Made by a program: the position numbers and the translations under genes. The notes under the pieces are model-generated. The model was not told the DNA's origin. It was given only the letters and a program-made list of their open reading frames with translations, and did no database searches. A stretch of DNA of 64,000 bases from Lama guanicoe (lineage: Eukaryota): positions 5,229,824 through 5,293,823 of the forward strand of contig MU054391.1 of NCBI GenBank assembly GCA_013239625.1. The letters are read 5' to 3'. Positions 25,470-36,750 of this stretch are shown piece after piece (position 1 is the stretch's first letter; each line of letters opens with the position of its first letter).

Positions 25470-26091
25470 CTGGTGCTGGGCTGAACCCCGCAGGCCGGTA
25501 AGGCCGACACTCGCCCAGCTTCAAGACCAAAGAGAGCCCAGGGTCGGAGACGGAGACATCAATGGTTTAATGGAAATGTTGGGGCTTACATGTCTGACGC
25601 AAGGACCTGCAGTGACCCCTCATATCGTGTGGCAGATGGCAGGCAGGATGTGGCGGCAGGCTTTGCTCCTGGGGGTAGAGAGAGGTTACCAATCATAGTG
25701 GGAATCAGTGTCAGGCTGGCTCATCAGTTACCAGGGAAACTAGCAGAAGGCCACACCCCTCACCACCCCTTTGATAAGCTATCACGGAGGAGATGCTCTG
25801 ATCTAAATTTAGAACAATCATTAGCTGGGGTGGGGGCAAGTACGTAGGGAGGTCAGTCATGTGAGTCAGGTGTAGGTGAAGCAGGCACTGGCTGGGCACG
25901 GGGTGCACAGAAAGCCAGAGTACAGCCATCTTGGTTGGCCTGATCATTGACCAGAGCAGATGTCGGCCGAGGGAGGCTGATGTGGGGTTCTAGGTGGTGA
26001 GCGGCCCAAACGAAAAAATGCACGAGGAGTTGCCATACCGCCGGACAGACTTCAGCTGGAGACACCATGGGGTTAACACTTTATTGCCACA
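25470..26091 (-). mobile_element. Probable ERV LTR, family unassigned
   Basis: LTR-like antisense layout (gagacatcaatggtttaatgg; ends ttattgccaca); no TSD found. Confidence 0.35.
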
Positions 26092-29000
26092 GGGAGGTGC
26101 ACGCCTATGATGCACCTGTCCTACATTTATCTGTTTTTTGTCAACACATGCGCGGTCTGAGTTTCTTTGTTCATTAGGCTTACAGAATAGCACATGCGTA
26201 CTTCTATTTTCTTTGTTCTAAATCTTATATAATTGATGCATGCATGGAGCAATTATTTACTGCATACTATAAACATGCTCCGATCGTGGCCTTGGGTCCC
26301 ACGGCCTTAACTCATCTCAAAACCAGCTCACAGCAGAATTCTCAGAAGCAGAACAGCTCAACAGCTCAAACTTTGCTGAGCTCCGGTATATGCAAAGCTC
26401 TGGTCTTCTGGTGTGGGGCCACAGAACCAGCATGTGGTCACCAGCTGACCAGGGCTCCTGTCCCCCACTCCCCACCCTTTTGTTAATTATTCTGTCATCC
26501 TAACGTGGAGGACCCTTTAAGGGGCACCTGGGTAAGACCCTTAAAGCATCTCCTTAAAATCTCTCATTCCCCCTCTGGTGCATCTAGAGTGAATATCTGC
26601 TGAAAGCAGGACCCCTTGGGGGAGAATTTACCTGCGTTCTGATTCTTAAGCTTTAAATGTGAAAACGAAGGGCAAGTGTCGGCAGCAGGATGTGGGGAGG
26701 GAGAGGGGAGCCCGAGTCTTGATCTGTGCACAACACCTACGGTGAGTGGGTTGGGGGAGAAGTCGGAGAACAAGTGATCACTGCACCTTCCAGGGGAAAT
26801 CATTTGTTCTTTCCTTGCTTCTCAAACTGGGGTACTTGTGGGGCCAGGCAGGTGGATGTGGTGGATCTTCTTGACGTGTCAGTTTACTCAAAGACTTGGG
26901 GAGAAATCAGTAAATGAAGTGGATTGAAAATATCATTTCTACATAAAAGCAAATGTACCTATTTTAAGGAGTTGGAGAAAACTAAGATGGGAAACTTCAT
27001 GGAAACGTGATCAGTTTGGGAGCTTGGATGCTCTTCCGTAATTAACACGTGCTTGTATCTGAAGTTAGAGCCACTCAGGAGACAGGGACCCAGTGACATT
27101 GTTCACAGCGACGTGCTCTGCCCAGGGAGCGTCCTTCCTGGGAGACGGATAGGCATGCAGGTGTGTCTGCCCACTTTCCTCGGATGAATATTCTGTCTCT
27201 GTCATTCATGCCATTTTGAGCTCTAGAGGCTGAACCCACGCAAATGGACAAAACCCAGATCCACTCCAGTGGCCTGAATGCTACCCGAAGATGGTTTGGA
27301 TTTGGGAAGAGCTGATGCGCCCGGCCCCCAGCAGAGGTGGCAGCTGTGGGGACAGGAAGCTTTGGCCGCGGCTGCCCAAGCCTACTTGATATTCTGGGGA
27401 CAAAGGCAGCAGTGGTCAGAATCCTTAGCTGAACCTGCCGGGCCGCTCTGGAGGCTGGAGAATGCTTGGCAGCAAGGCCAGGAAGTGAAATACAAACAGT
27501 CTCCAAAGAGCCCACGTTGCAAGGAGCCAGGGGAAATGCAGTGGCCCTTTGCTGCCTCTACCCTGTGGAGATGTCCCTGGGCTCGGGACTCCGCCTGCAA
27601 GTCGCGCAGATGGAGGCTCTGGAGGATTCAGCAAGCCCCACTCCTTCCCTGCAGGGACCTCCAACACCGTGGTTGTGGCTCACGCTTTGGGTTAAGCATC
27701 GCCCCTCCCTGGGTGCAAACTCTGTGCCGTGATGGCCTTCGTGGTGGCTCAGTCCTACATCAGACCCCTAGAGGGCCATCTGGGGTGCTGCGAGATGAGG
27801 GGAAGGCACGGGAAGGAGGAGGTTTGCAGAGAGGGTATGGCTGATCGGCCAACACACCGCTGCCTTCACAGGTGTCCTGGGAGTCTAAATTATAGGAACA
27901 ACCTAAATTGTATGAAAAAGCAAAATTGTATCTGAGAGATGCAGAGTCCATCGCCTCCAACACGGATGAAGGACCTGGGGTCCAATGAGACGGAAGGGCT
28001 TCCTGAGTGGCAAAGGCAGACAGACATGCAGCCCCGGTGGTCTCCTCCACTACCAGGGCATCATCCTCACTGTCCTTCCCTCCTGGGCTTATTCCTCACA
28101 GAGTTCCACTGAGTGGCCAGCCCGAAAGGGGCCCGGCACACCCAGCAGGGCCCTGACACCGCAGAGAGGGGCGCAGCCCCAGCAGAACCAACGGGCGCAG
28201 TCTCCGGTCCCCAGCGGCTCTCTCTCTCTCTGCCCGGCCCACCGGAGCACAAGCAGATGTTATCAGATGTACAGGAAACACCTGCGGCCCCTCGGCTGAG
28301 CCGGAGCCTCGCAAAAGCCCCATGACTTAATCCCGGGAGCTGAGGTGGCTCTGGGCTGCACAGAAAGTGCCAGAATGTGTAAACAGCAGGGGCAGGAGCA
28401 GCAAGGGGCCGCTTGCTCCCTCCTGGAGGGTGAGCCCTCCCCTCTGAGCTGGGGCAGGAAGGAGGGTGTGGGCAGAACCCAAGGGGCCAGGCATCCAGAA
28501 GAGAAGGCACCAGGCAGGAGGGCCAGAGCAGGCGAGGAGCCGCAGGTCTGAGGAGCAGTCGGGTTGCTGCTGGAGCCTGGCCAGGAGGTGGGTGTGGGAG
28601 CTCAGCAGAGTCTAGCTGCCAGGGTGAACCCGCGCGCACACTCTCCATTCAGGGCAGGACGGACAGAGAGAGGGACTCGAGGAGCATCTAATTCTCATGA
28701 CCCCAAAGAAGAGTGGGTCCTTTCTGAAATTTTACCTTCGCAGCTGTTTGAGATGCAGACACGGAAAATGGCCATTCAGTGGTCAGGCCTTGTCAGGGGA
28801 ACAGGAGGGAAAAGCCGGCCAGAGTGGTGGGTGCTAGGGGGCGTGGGGGCATGGGGGGAGCCCAGAAGCCCCCAGGAAGGCTCTGGGAGCTGTGAGGACC
28901 CCCCTCCAACCCTCAGGCACTTCCTGCAACAAGACTTCAGCTGGCCAGCCGCCTCGGGGACTGTTCCGAGACTGTGGTCACCATGGTTGGCGGACACTGA

Positions 29001-29454
29001 AATGTCAGGAATGTCAAAGTCAAAGCTTCCTGCTCCACAGGCATCTCCCCAGGGCCAGGGGCGGTTTGGGGGTGGGGGGTGTCTGTAAAGAAAGTGGCAT
29101 GACTGTTACCATCTATAGCACACTGTCCTGCACTCGGGCCTGGGACCCTTCCATCCCCCAGTTATTATGTGTGCGCATGCATGTGTGTCCACCCCCAAGG
29201 TTTCTGAATAAGGGTGAGAGTGACCAGTGCCCAGATCTGGGTTCCATCCAGTTCTGCCCAGACACGCCACGTGGCCTCCCGCCAGTGGACCTATCCCATT
29301 AACACTCTCTGGGCCTTTCCCCTCTCAAGTTCAAAAAGGAGTCTAGCCCTTCAGAAGTTATTCAAGAATCAAGGAAAATGACAGATGTGAAAGGAAGCCA
29401 CCTGAAGTTATTGTGTAGGATGAAGTGATGTGCTTACATTCATCTATTTGCTTT

Positions 29455-29620
29455 TAATCATTCATTCATTCATTCAACAAACACGCCTTGGGCGAGGTGC
29501 TGAGAAGTCAGCAGAGAGGAAAAGAAACTGGCATGGCCCTTGTTCTCAGAAAGCTGACAATTTAGTTGGAAAGACAAACAGGAGTAATAAACACACAAAG
29601 GTGCAGATGGTGTTTGATGA
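29455..29620 (-). mobile_element. L2 3' end
   Basis: tcattcattcattcattcaacaaac...ccttgttctcagaaagctgacaatttagttgg. Confidence 0.75.
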
Positions 29621-29649
29621 CACCAGGGGCAAGAAGAGCCAGCTCTGAG

Positions 29650-29990
29650 CAGGAGTAAATCTCACACACCGAGTGGGGGATGGGCCGGAACCTCGGGCCC
29701 AGGATGGCCCCAGAGATGGGTCCAGGAGGTGCTGAAGCCCAGAACTCTGTCCACAGGGGACGGGACACAAGGCTTATCAGCCAGGACAAGACCAAGAGCC
29801 TGAGAATTTGCCCAGACGGATGGAAGTTGACAGGTGGGGTCCCCGGTGTGCAGACCAGCATCAGGAAAGGCTCAGGGACAGGAGGTTTAGAGGCAGGATA
29901 TACAGCCCTTTGGGGGAGCAGGACCACCAGAAACCAGCTCCTGGAGAAGTCGGGTGCCAAGGTCACAGTGGGAACCCCTCTACACTGGGA
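29650..29990 (-). mobile_element. Possible MamGypLTR-like ancient LTR
   Basis: caagagcctgagaatttgcccagacgg...gacaggtggggtcc gives a loose resemblance. Confidence 0.25.
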
Positions 29991-30585
29991 GTAGGGACCC
30001 CGAACCTCAGCTTCTGAGCCAGTCTGGAGTCTGAAAGGGAGCTCCGTCATGGGACTCCACTCACCGAGGTCACACTCCTCTCCTCGCCACGCCCAGATCT
30101 GCATCCTTTGGCTTTGTGCCTTATTTGTGGCCCCAAGTGTGACCCAAGGATTCTAAAACTGCCTTCTCTACTTTTCTCGTCCATGCTGTTCAAGGCTGGG
30201 ACTGACATGCAATCACCTCGTAACTGCCTGGGGCAGTGGTGGCCTCCTGGACCAGTGCACCGGCCAGACCTTCCCTGACCCTCCTCAAAGGGTGTGGGTG
30301 TCAAGCCACTGCCAGCCTGGGGCCTCCTGATGTACCTCATGTTGGGAACTGGGTGGGTTTCAGGGTCTGAAACAGGACCACCTTCTTGATGAAGGCTCAG
30401 TGGTCCCAGACCAGTCAGCAAATGTGCACTGAGTGAATGAATGAATGAGTGCACGAGAAAAAGCCCGAGGGTTGAAGCTGTTTCGAACCAAGATTCTTTT
30501 CTATATAAATGAAACATTCGAAGAAGGGCAGATGGAAATGGCTACCCTCCAAAATACCTTTTTCTAGAGGGATTTCTAAAAACTT

Positions 30586-30606
30586 CACACACACACACAC
30601 ACACAC
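30586..30606. repeat. (CA)n microsatellite, about 10 units
   Basis: Directly visible. Confidence 0.95.
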
Positions 30607-32589
30607 CCCTAAATCACATTTGAGCCCTACGATCACGGCAAACAAATACGATCTAGTATTTGATGCACATATTATATCACTGAATAGTTTCAGACGCAAA
30701 CTTCCTGCCTCCCTTAATCCTGATCGTAACAAGGTGAATGCAATCTGTGTCCATTGTAAAGGAGAGGACACTGAGGCTCCAAGAAGGTGGCTACACAGCC
30801 AGTGATTGGCAGAACACCGAGGACTGCACTTGGAGCTGCTTCAGACAGCAAGTGGTGCTCTTGACCTTGGAGTTTGGCTGGTAGTTTGGTGTTGGTTAAT
30901 TTCACTTGAGCAACTAAGGTTATTAAACGATTTGGCTCCTTTTTTGCGTTTGTTTTGAAACTTCACAGGTTTCACTAAAGGTTGATCCAGGGCTTGACCG
31001 CCCCCACATTCTTCCTGGCCACGTACCCAGTCCGCCTGACAGTGACATCAGCAGTATCACATGCTGAAGAAAGGGGGCGGGGGGTCTGCAGCTGGAAGCC
31101 TTCCCAGGCGTTGTGGTGGGCAACCCGCAGGCATCCGTGGTCAGCAGGCCTCCATCGGGGAGACAAGCTCAGCACGGATTCCTCAGAGAGCCTTGGGATA
31201 GGAAAAGAAAGGATGTTTCTGAAAAGGAAACCAGCGTTCCCAGATGCCTCCGTTAGGAATGAAAACAGGGTCTGGATCCCCACAGTGCTGGGCTTCGGCA
31301 CAAATAGATACACAAATAATGTCATTTCCACCATACTGAGATGACTGGCATACTTAACGGGAACACCCCTTTCTTAACTCTGAAAACCCTTGTGTGACAG
31401 TCTAAGTGTCCACTTCTAAAGAATCAAGCTATGCAGCACGAGACCACCCTGGGGACCCTGCAGAGACCCTCTTTGTACATCACGTGATTTGAAGCTACAG
31501 CTAAGAAACTCTAGAGAAGTGGTATGACCCTCCGAAATCAAATATGCAAAAACTATAACGTTATTTGTCTATGTTACTAGCCCACCCTCTTCGGGGGTAG
31601 TAAGAACTAATCTCAGCCATGTCGGAGTTCCCCTACCCTCTTTTCTCTGGGGTTCCCGGAAGTTCCAGGGTTGGGACGATGGTGGTAAGAGTCCCATAGC
31701 ACTGAGGCTCTAAGGAAGAGGATGTCCCATCTTCAGTGTCATCATCTCACGCCGGCATCAACTTCTGGAATCAACCGAAACCGTCCCACCTGCCCCTTGG
31801 TGCGGTGTCCGCACTTTGGGTCCACAGGCTGTCTCCTGGCCTGTGGCCCCTCAGGTCCTCCCAGTGTCACTCGCAGACTCACGGACCCTACTCAGTGGCG
31901 CTGGGTGATGCTAGGAACGGAAAACTCCAGGAGGTGGATAAAGGCCCTGTTCACCTGGGCAGGTGGTGCCATTTCTTCTCCTAGGTGCCATCACTTCTAG
32001 GCTGGGGAGCTTACACGCTCATGGGGGGTTTCAGTGCCAACCTGGGGCTCACAGGCTGGGGAATGGGTCACGTGGCCTCATCGTCGCCGTCTGACTCTCT
32101 CTCCAACCCGGGGCCCAGGGGGTGGGAGGGAGGTCTTGCTCTCACCATGTCTTCCTTTCCCATATTTTCTGTCAGAAACACTGTATATGCCCAAGTCCTT
32201 TCTGTTCCTCTAAGGACCCAGGTTCGTTCTGCTTTCCTTTGTGCTTTTCGCTGTCGTTTACATACAATAAAAGGCACAGATCTTAAGTATTCAGTTTGAG
32301 CAAAATAGAGAACATTTTCATCAGCCCAGAAGTTTCCTTCATGAAAGGGCCTAAACTTTTAAAAATCAAGCCCAAACAATTTCCCCTTCTTTTCCTCTCT
32401 TCTATTTTGCCGCTTTTCTTTGCTGAGGTAATGAGCCTCACTGCCTACATGCTGCTTCCTAAAAGAACCAAGGTATATAAAGAAATACTGGGGGGAGGGG
32501 GGGCCTGAGATGATATTTTACAATATTAACCTCGATATGAATTACCCAAAAACAAAGAATTCTCCTCATTACATTTCTGCAGTATGTTA

Positions 32590-32780
32590 GAGTTTACCAT
32601 GTGCTTCCACGCTACGCATCTCATTTACCCTTACAATGACCCACTGTATACAAGTACAGGTTATCGTGCCCATTTTGCAGATGGGAAAACTGAGGGCTAG
32701 AGTGGAGGGGTGACTTTCTAATGCCCCAGAGCTGCTGGGTGTCAGAGATAAGAAAGGACTCGGGTTCACAGCACCACATT
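32590..32780 (-). mobile_element. MIR SINE
   Basis: cccattttgcagatgggaaaactgaggg core. Confidence 0.8.
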
Positions 32781-33049
32781 CTGTGTCCAGGGAATGGAAT
32801 TGTTACAGGCCCTCAGAACAGAGAATAGGCAAGGTAGTCACTGCTCTGGAAGACTCTGAAGGGCTCCCTAGGCCCTGCCCTTGTTTAGACACCCCTCAAA
32901 TTCCCAAGGACGGGTTTCCTCCTTTTATTCTCCATCAGCTCTTCCTGAGGGTTAAGGCATTAATAAGATTGTCCCTGCAGAGCATTCCACAAAGACCGGG
33001 CCGGGCACATTTACCCCAAGGAGGAAGGGCGGAGCAGACGTGATGCCGT

Positions 33050-33320
33050 GTGAGACAGTGGTCCAGTGGCTGGAGCTGCATTCCCTGGGCCAGGTCTGGT
33101 CCTTCTCATTTACAGGCTGTGTGATTCCGGACAATTTACAAAACAAAAAAACCAAAAGAAAACAACAAAAAATCTTTATGCCTCTGTTTCCCCATACGTA
33201 AAGAGAAGGGAATAATAAGAGTCCCACGCAAAAGGGTGACCATGAGAATTAAATGAGCTGAAGGAGGTGAGACGTGTAGCTCACGCCTGATGCAGAGTCA
33301 GCCCAAATAGACGGTCGCTA
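33050..33320 (+). mobile_element. MIR SINE
   Basis: tgcctctgtttccccatacgtaaag...aataataagag...tgagaattaaatgag. Confidence 0.7.
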
Positions 33321-34899
33321 GTTCATGGACAGGAGGCTGTAAAAACACGCAGGTGCTTTTTCACCATGTCATTAACGCTGCGGAAAGACGGGCTGACTGT
33401 GGTGAGTCCCCTTCGATGCGGTGCTCATCTGGGGGAGCTCCTGGGACTAACCCGACACAGCTGGTTGCAAATGGATGCAGAATCCAGTGGGTGAAGGTAG
33501 AGGCCACCCTCCACTTTCCAGGGAGAGCAGACCAAAGACAAACACTCGAGAAGGAAAGGCAGGCCATCCCTGAGAAGTAGGCCAGAGTTTAACAGGAAAC
33601 AAAAGAGCAGGTAGGTTTGGGCATGCTCATTCTGGGACTACGTGCCAGGCAGGGAGATGCCAGGCAACATGTGACCAGAATAAGGGCTTGGTTGCGTGGA
33701 GTGTTCACCCAGGGCAGCTCCGAGTGAACTCAGGGTCAGACAGAGACAGGGATTGTGACACAGGAGGGCTTACAGATCAAAGCCAGTGCAGTGCTTGGGC
33801 TAAGGCTGGGGAGTTGCCTCTTGGAACAGGGCAGGCAGGCAGCACTGTGGGGAGGTCAGGGGACTGCATTCACGTGGGCGCAAGGCTTCACAACTGCACG
33901 GGCCCCAAGTGTGTGAAAGGAGAGGGGCCCCCGCAGGAGCCCACTAGGGGAGAGAGGAGAACGAGTTTGAGCTTTGAGGAATTGTTTCATTTGGGCCTTT
34001 TTCTCCCTAAGAAATTGGAATCTGGAAGAGCCTATTAGCTTGTTGTTGAAAACCATCAGGACTAGAAAGATGAGAAGCCAAGAAGAGACAGACTTCAGCA
34101 AATTTAAACTCACTGGAGCGAGGTGGAAGGAATTACTGTAGGCAGATCAGCTACTTTAGGAAACAGGCAGTGAAGGCCAGCCCCGCTGGAGAGACCCTGA
34201 GCCTGGCCTTCCCGGTGGCCACACTCTCCTGGGGTCCCCTGGCCTCTTCACTCCCCGAATGGCCAGGATGGCGAGGCCTGTGCCCCTCGGAACATGAACA
34301 AACTCTTGTTAAAGGCACGAACCCACAACCAGTCATGGAAGCTTAAATACATACACGTCACAAGAACCTCTCCGGGGATCCTGGGACTTTAGCAGCACAC
34401 AGATAGCAGTTCTCTGAAATATTTCCATTTTAACATCGTAGTTCTATTTTTTCCCTTCCTTCTTTCACTTTAGTTCACTGCCTCAAGGTGTCTGAAGGCA
34501 GCAACTCCGTGGACTGCGGCACAAGGGACCGGGAAGCAATCCCGCCGATGAACAGGAAAGTGTCGCTGAGAACTGAGACTCATGTGAGGCTGTACAGTTT
34601 ACAGCACGCTTCGGTCGCCATTCCAGGCTTTGCAGCTTTGGAGGAGATGGAGCTGAGGGACATGATGTGGAAAAGAAGGCCGTTGTCTCGGAGACAAGGA
34701 AATGACCGTGAGAAATGTACTTAGAAGTGAAACCCCAGGGCTATGTGCAACACTGTCTTTGACAAACCTTCGGTCTGAGGTTTCCCAGACGGTGCGTGAC
34801 TTACACTGTCCACCAGCAGCTGCAGGAGGAAAAAGATCAAAGGAAAAGAGTAGGGAGAAGTTCAAGGCCACACACTAGTCTCCAGCGGCTCTTGGAAAG

Positions 34900-35100
34900 A
34901 GATGAGCTGGGGCTAGGACCCCTCCGGAGTGCAGGAGCCTCGGACCAGGGCGGCCGCAGACGGCCACTCGAAGGCTTGACGACCGGGTCCAGACTCCGGT
35001 CCGCTCCGGCGGGCGACTCTGCCTGTGGGGGGCGGGGGGGGGGACCTGGGCTTTCGGTTGATGGGTTTGGAAAACGGTCTCCATCTCTTCACAGGGTGGG
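34900..35100. promoter_or_regulatory. Small CpG-rich, GC-box-containing patch (candidate promoter or enhancer)
   Basis: Dense CpGs (gggcggccgcagacgg, ccggtccgctccggcgggcg) and a gggggcggggg GC box/G-run in non-repeat DNA. Confidence 0.4.
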
Positions 35101-35559
35101 GAGGATTCATTAATGTTTGCAAAGTCCTTTCCAATCCGTGTTGAAAGGCAGCTCTAATTATCCAGGGTGTCACCTGACACTCTTCTCACAATGACTCTGC
35201 CCTGGAAGGTGTCAACGGAGACTGACACTTTGCTACTGTCAGGCTCAGCCGTCACCAAAGCGCTTCCAGCTGGTGTGGCCGTTTATCTCCGTCTCCAATT
35301 TACTGCCCAGATTCCGAACCTCTGCAGGGAGATGGTATCTCATGTGAGGACATGTTGACACTAGACCTGTACCCCACCCGGTTCCCTCCCACCCCAGGAG
35401 GGGGCGGCGGCCCGTGGGGAATAATTTGACAAGCTCACACAGCCAAAAACAAACCCTGCGACGCCTCACAGGGGCTGGAAATCCCTCCAGAAAAATTCAC
35501 TCCTTTGGGTCTCAGATGTTCTTTGTGTGTCCGGGATGTTGTAGTAAAAAGGCGGCAAA

Positions 35560-35790
35560 GCCAGGAGTCAGAACACCTGCCCCTGGTTTGGTGCTGCCTT
35601 TGCTCTCTCTAGCCTGGTGACCTGGGATAAACCCACTCCCTTCCTTCCGTTTGTCATCTTCTTCCTTTTTTTTTTTTTCTATCTAAAATGGCACAGCTAA
35701 CGCAGGTCTCACAGGGCTGCTGTGAGGATCAGGCGAGATAATGGATGGGAAGCCGAGTGCTGCAGAAAGGTAAGAAGGACCATTATCACT
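35560..35790 (+). mobile_element. MIR SINE
   Basis: ggagtcagaacacctg...gtgacctggg...atctaaaatggcacag...ctcacagggctgctgtgaggatc. Confidence 0.75.
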
Positions 35791-36479
35791 AAAACGCTAG
35801 TCGGCCGGGCTGGCTAATCCCCAGCAGGGATTACTGGATGGCTCCCCAGGTCCCAGGAGGCTCAGCGTGGGCAGAACAGAGAGACAGGGGACCACAGTGG
35901 GCAGCAAGACTCCAGAAGAGGAAAAGGGAGGGACCCTCTCCTGTTGGCATGACTGTGAAAGTTTTGGGGGTGAGGAGGGGCCCGAGGTTTTTCCCTGCTT
36001 CCCCAGAAGACTGGGAGCACCATGGGGGTTCGGGTGCTGCCTGCCGGTTGGCCAAGGACGTGAAGACTGGGGGAGGCTCACTCGCTTAAAGAAGCATTAG
36101 GAAAAATGATCAAATGTGTCTGCGTCTATGCAGACACATCATTCAGGTAATTCAGGCAAAGGGCCCAGTTTTGCCATGAGTAGCCCGTGTGCGTCAGACC
36201 AGAGTAATTGCTTTCTTTGTCAGAATTTCCTGGATAATCTCCTCCCCTTTGTTTGGCTGAAAGAACCAGCCTCGCATCTGGGAGCCTGCTTGCCAAACAT
36301 GATTGGGTCCTTAGAGATAAAAGGCGCAGTGGAAGTGATTTTCCATAAACACGTGGCACACATATTAATTATTACAAGGGGAAAGTGTGCCCATATGTTC
36401 CATCCGGGAGGACGATGCCGCAGATGAGATGTGCAGAGAGGAGACGGCTGGTGGTGGAACCACGAGAGCTCCTTATCAG

Positions 36480-36750
36480 GAAGCTGCTGGCATCCAGGCT
36501 CTGTCCTGGGTGCTTTGCATTAAAAATCTCATTTAATCCTCCCAACAGCCCTGGGAGGCAGCAGCATCCAAGAACAGAAAGAACTTGAGTTTGGAAGCCA
36601 GACGTTCATAGATTGGATTCCTGACTCTAGCCATGTGCTGTGTGAACGAAGTGAGAGCTTCAGTTTTTCCTCTGTTCATGGAAGTGACAACAGCGGCCTG
36701 AGAGGGCACTGGGAGAACTCCGTGTGGTTGTGAGTGTGAAGCACCTGCCA
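36480..36750. mobile_element. MIR SINE fragments
   Basis: ctcatttaatcctcccaacagccctgggagg (antisense) and ggattcctgactctagcc...cttcagtttttcctctg (sense). Confidence 0.7.

Noticed and set aside
27897..27988. Possible terminal exon EQPKLYEKAKLYLRDAESIASNTDEGPGVQ*
   Set aside because: Weak polypyrimidine tract, unrecognised peptide and no supporting upstream exons.
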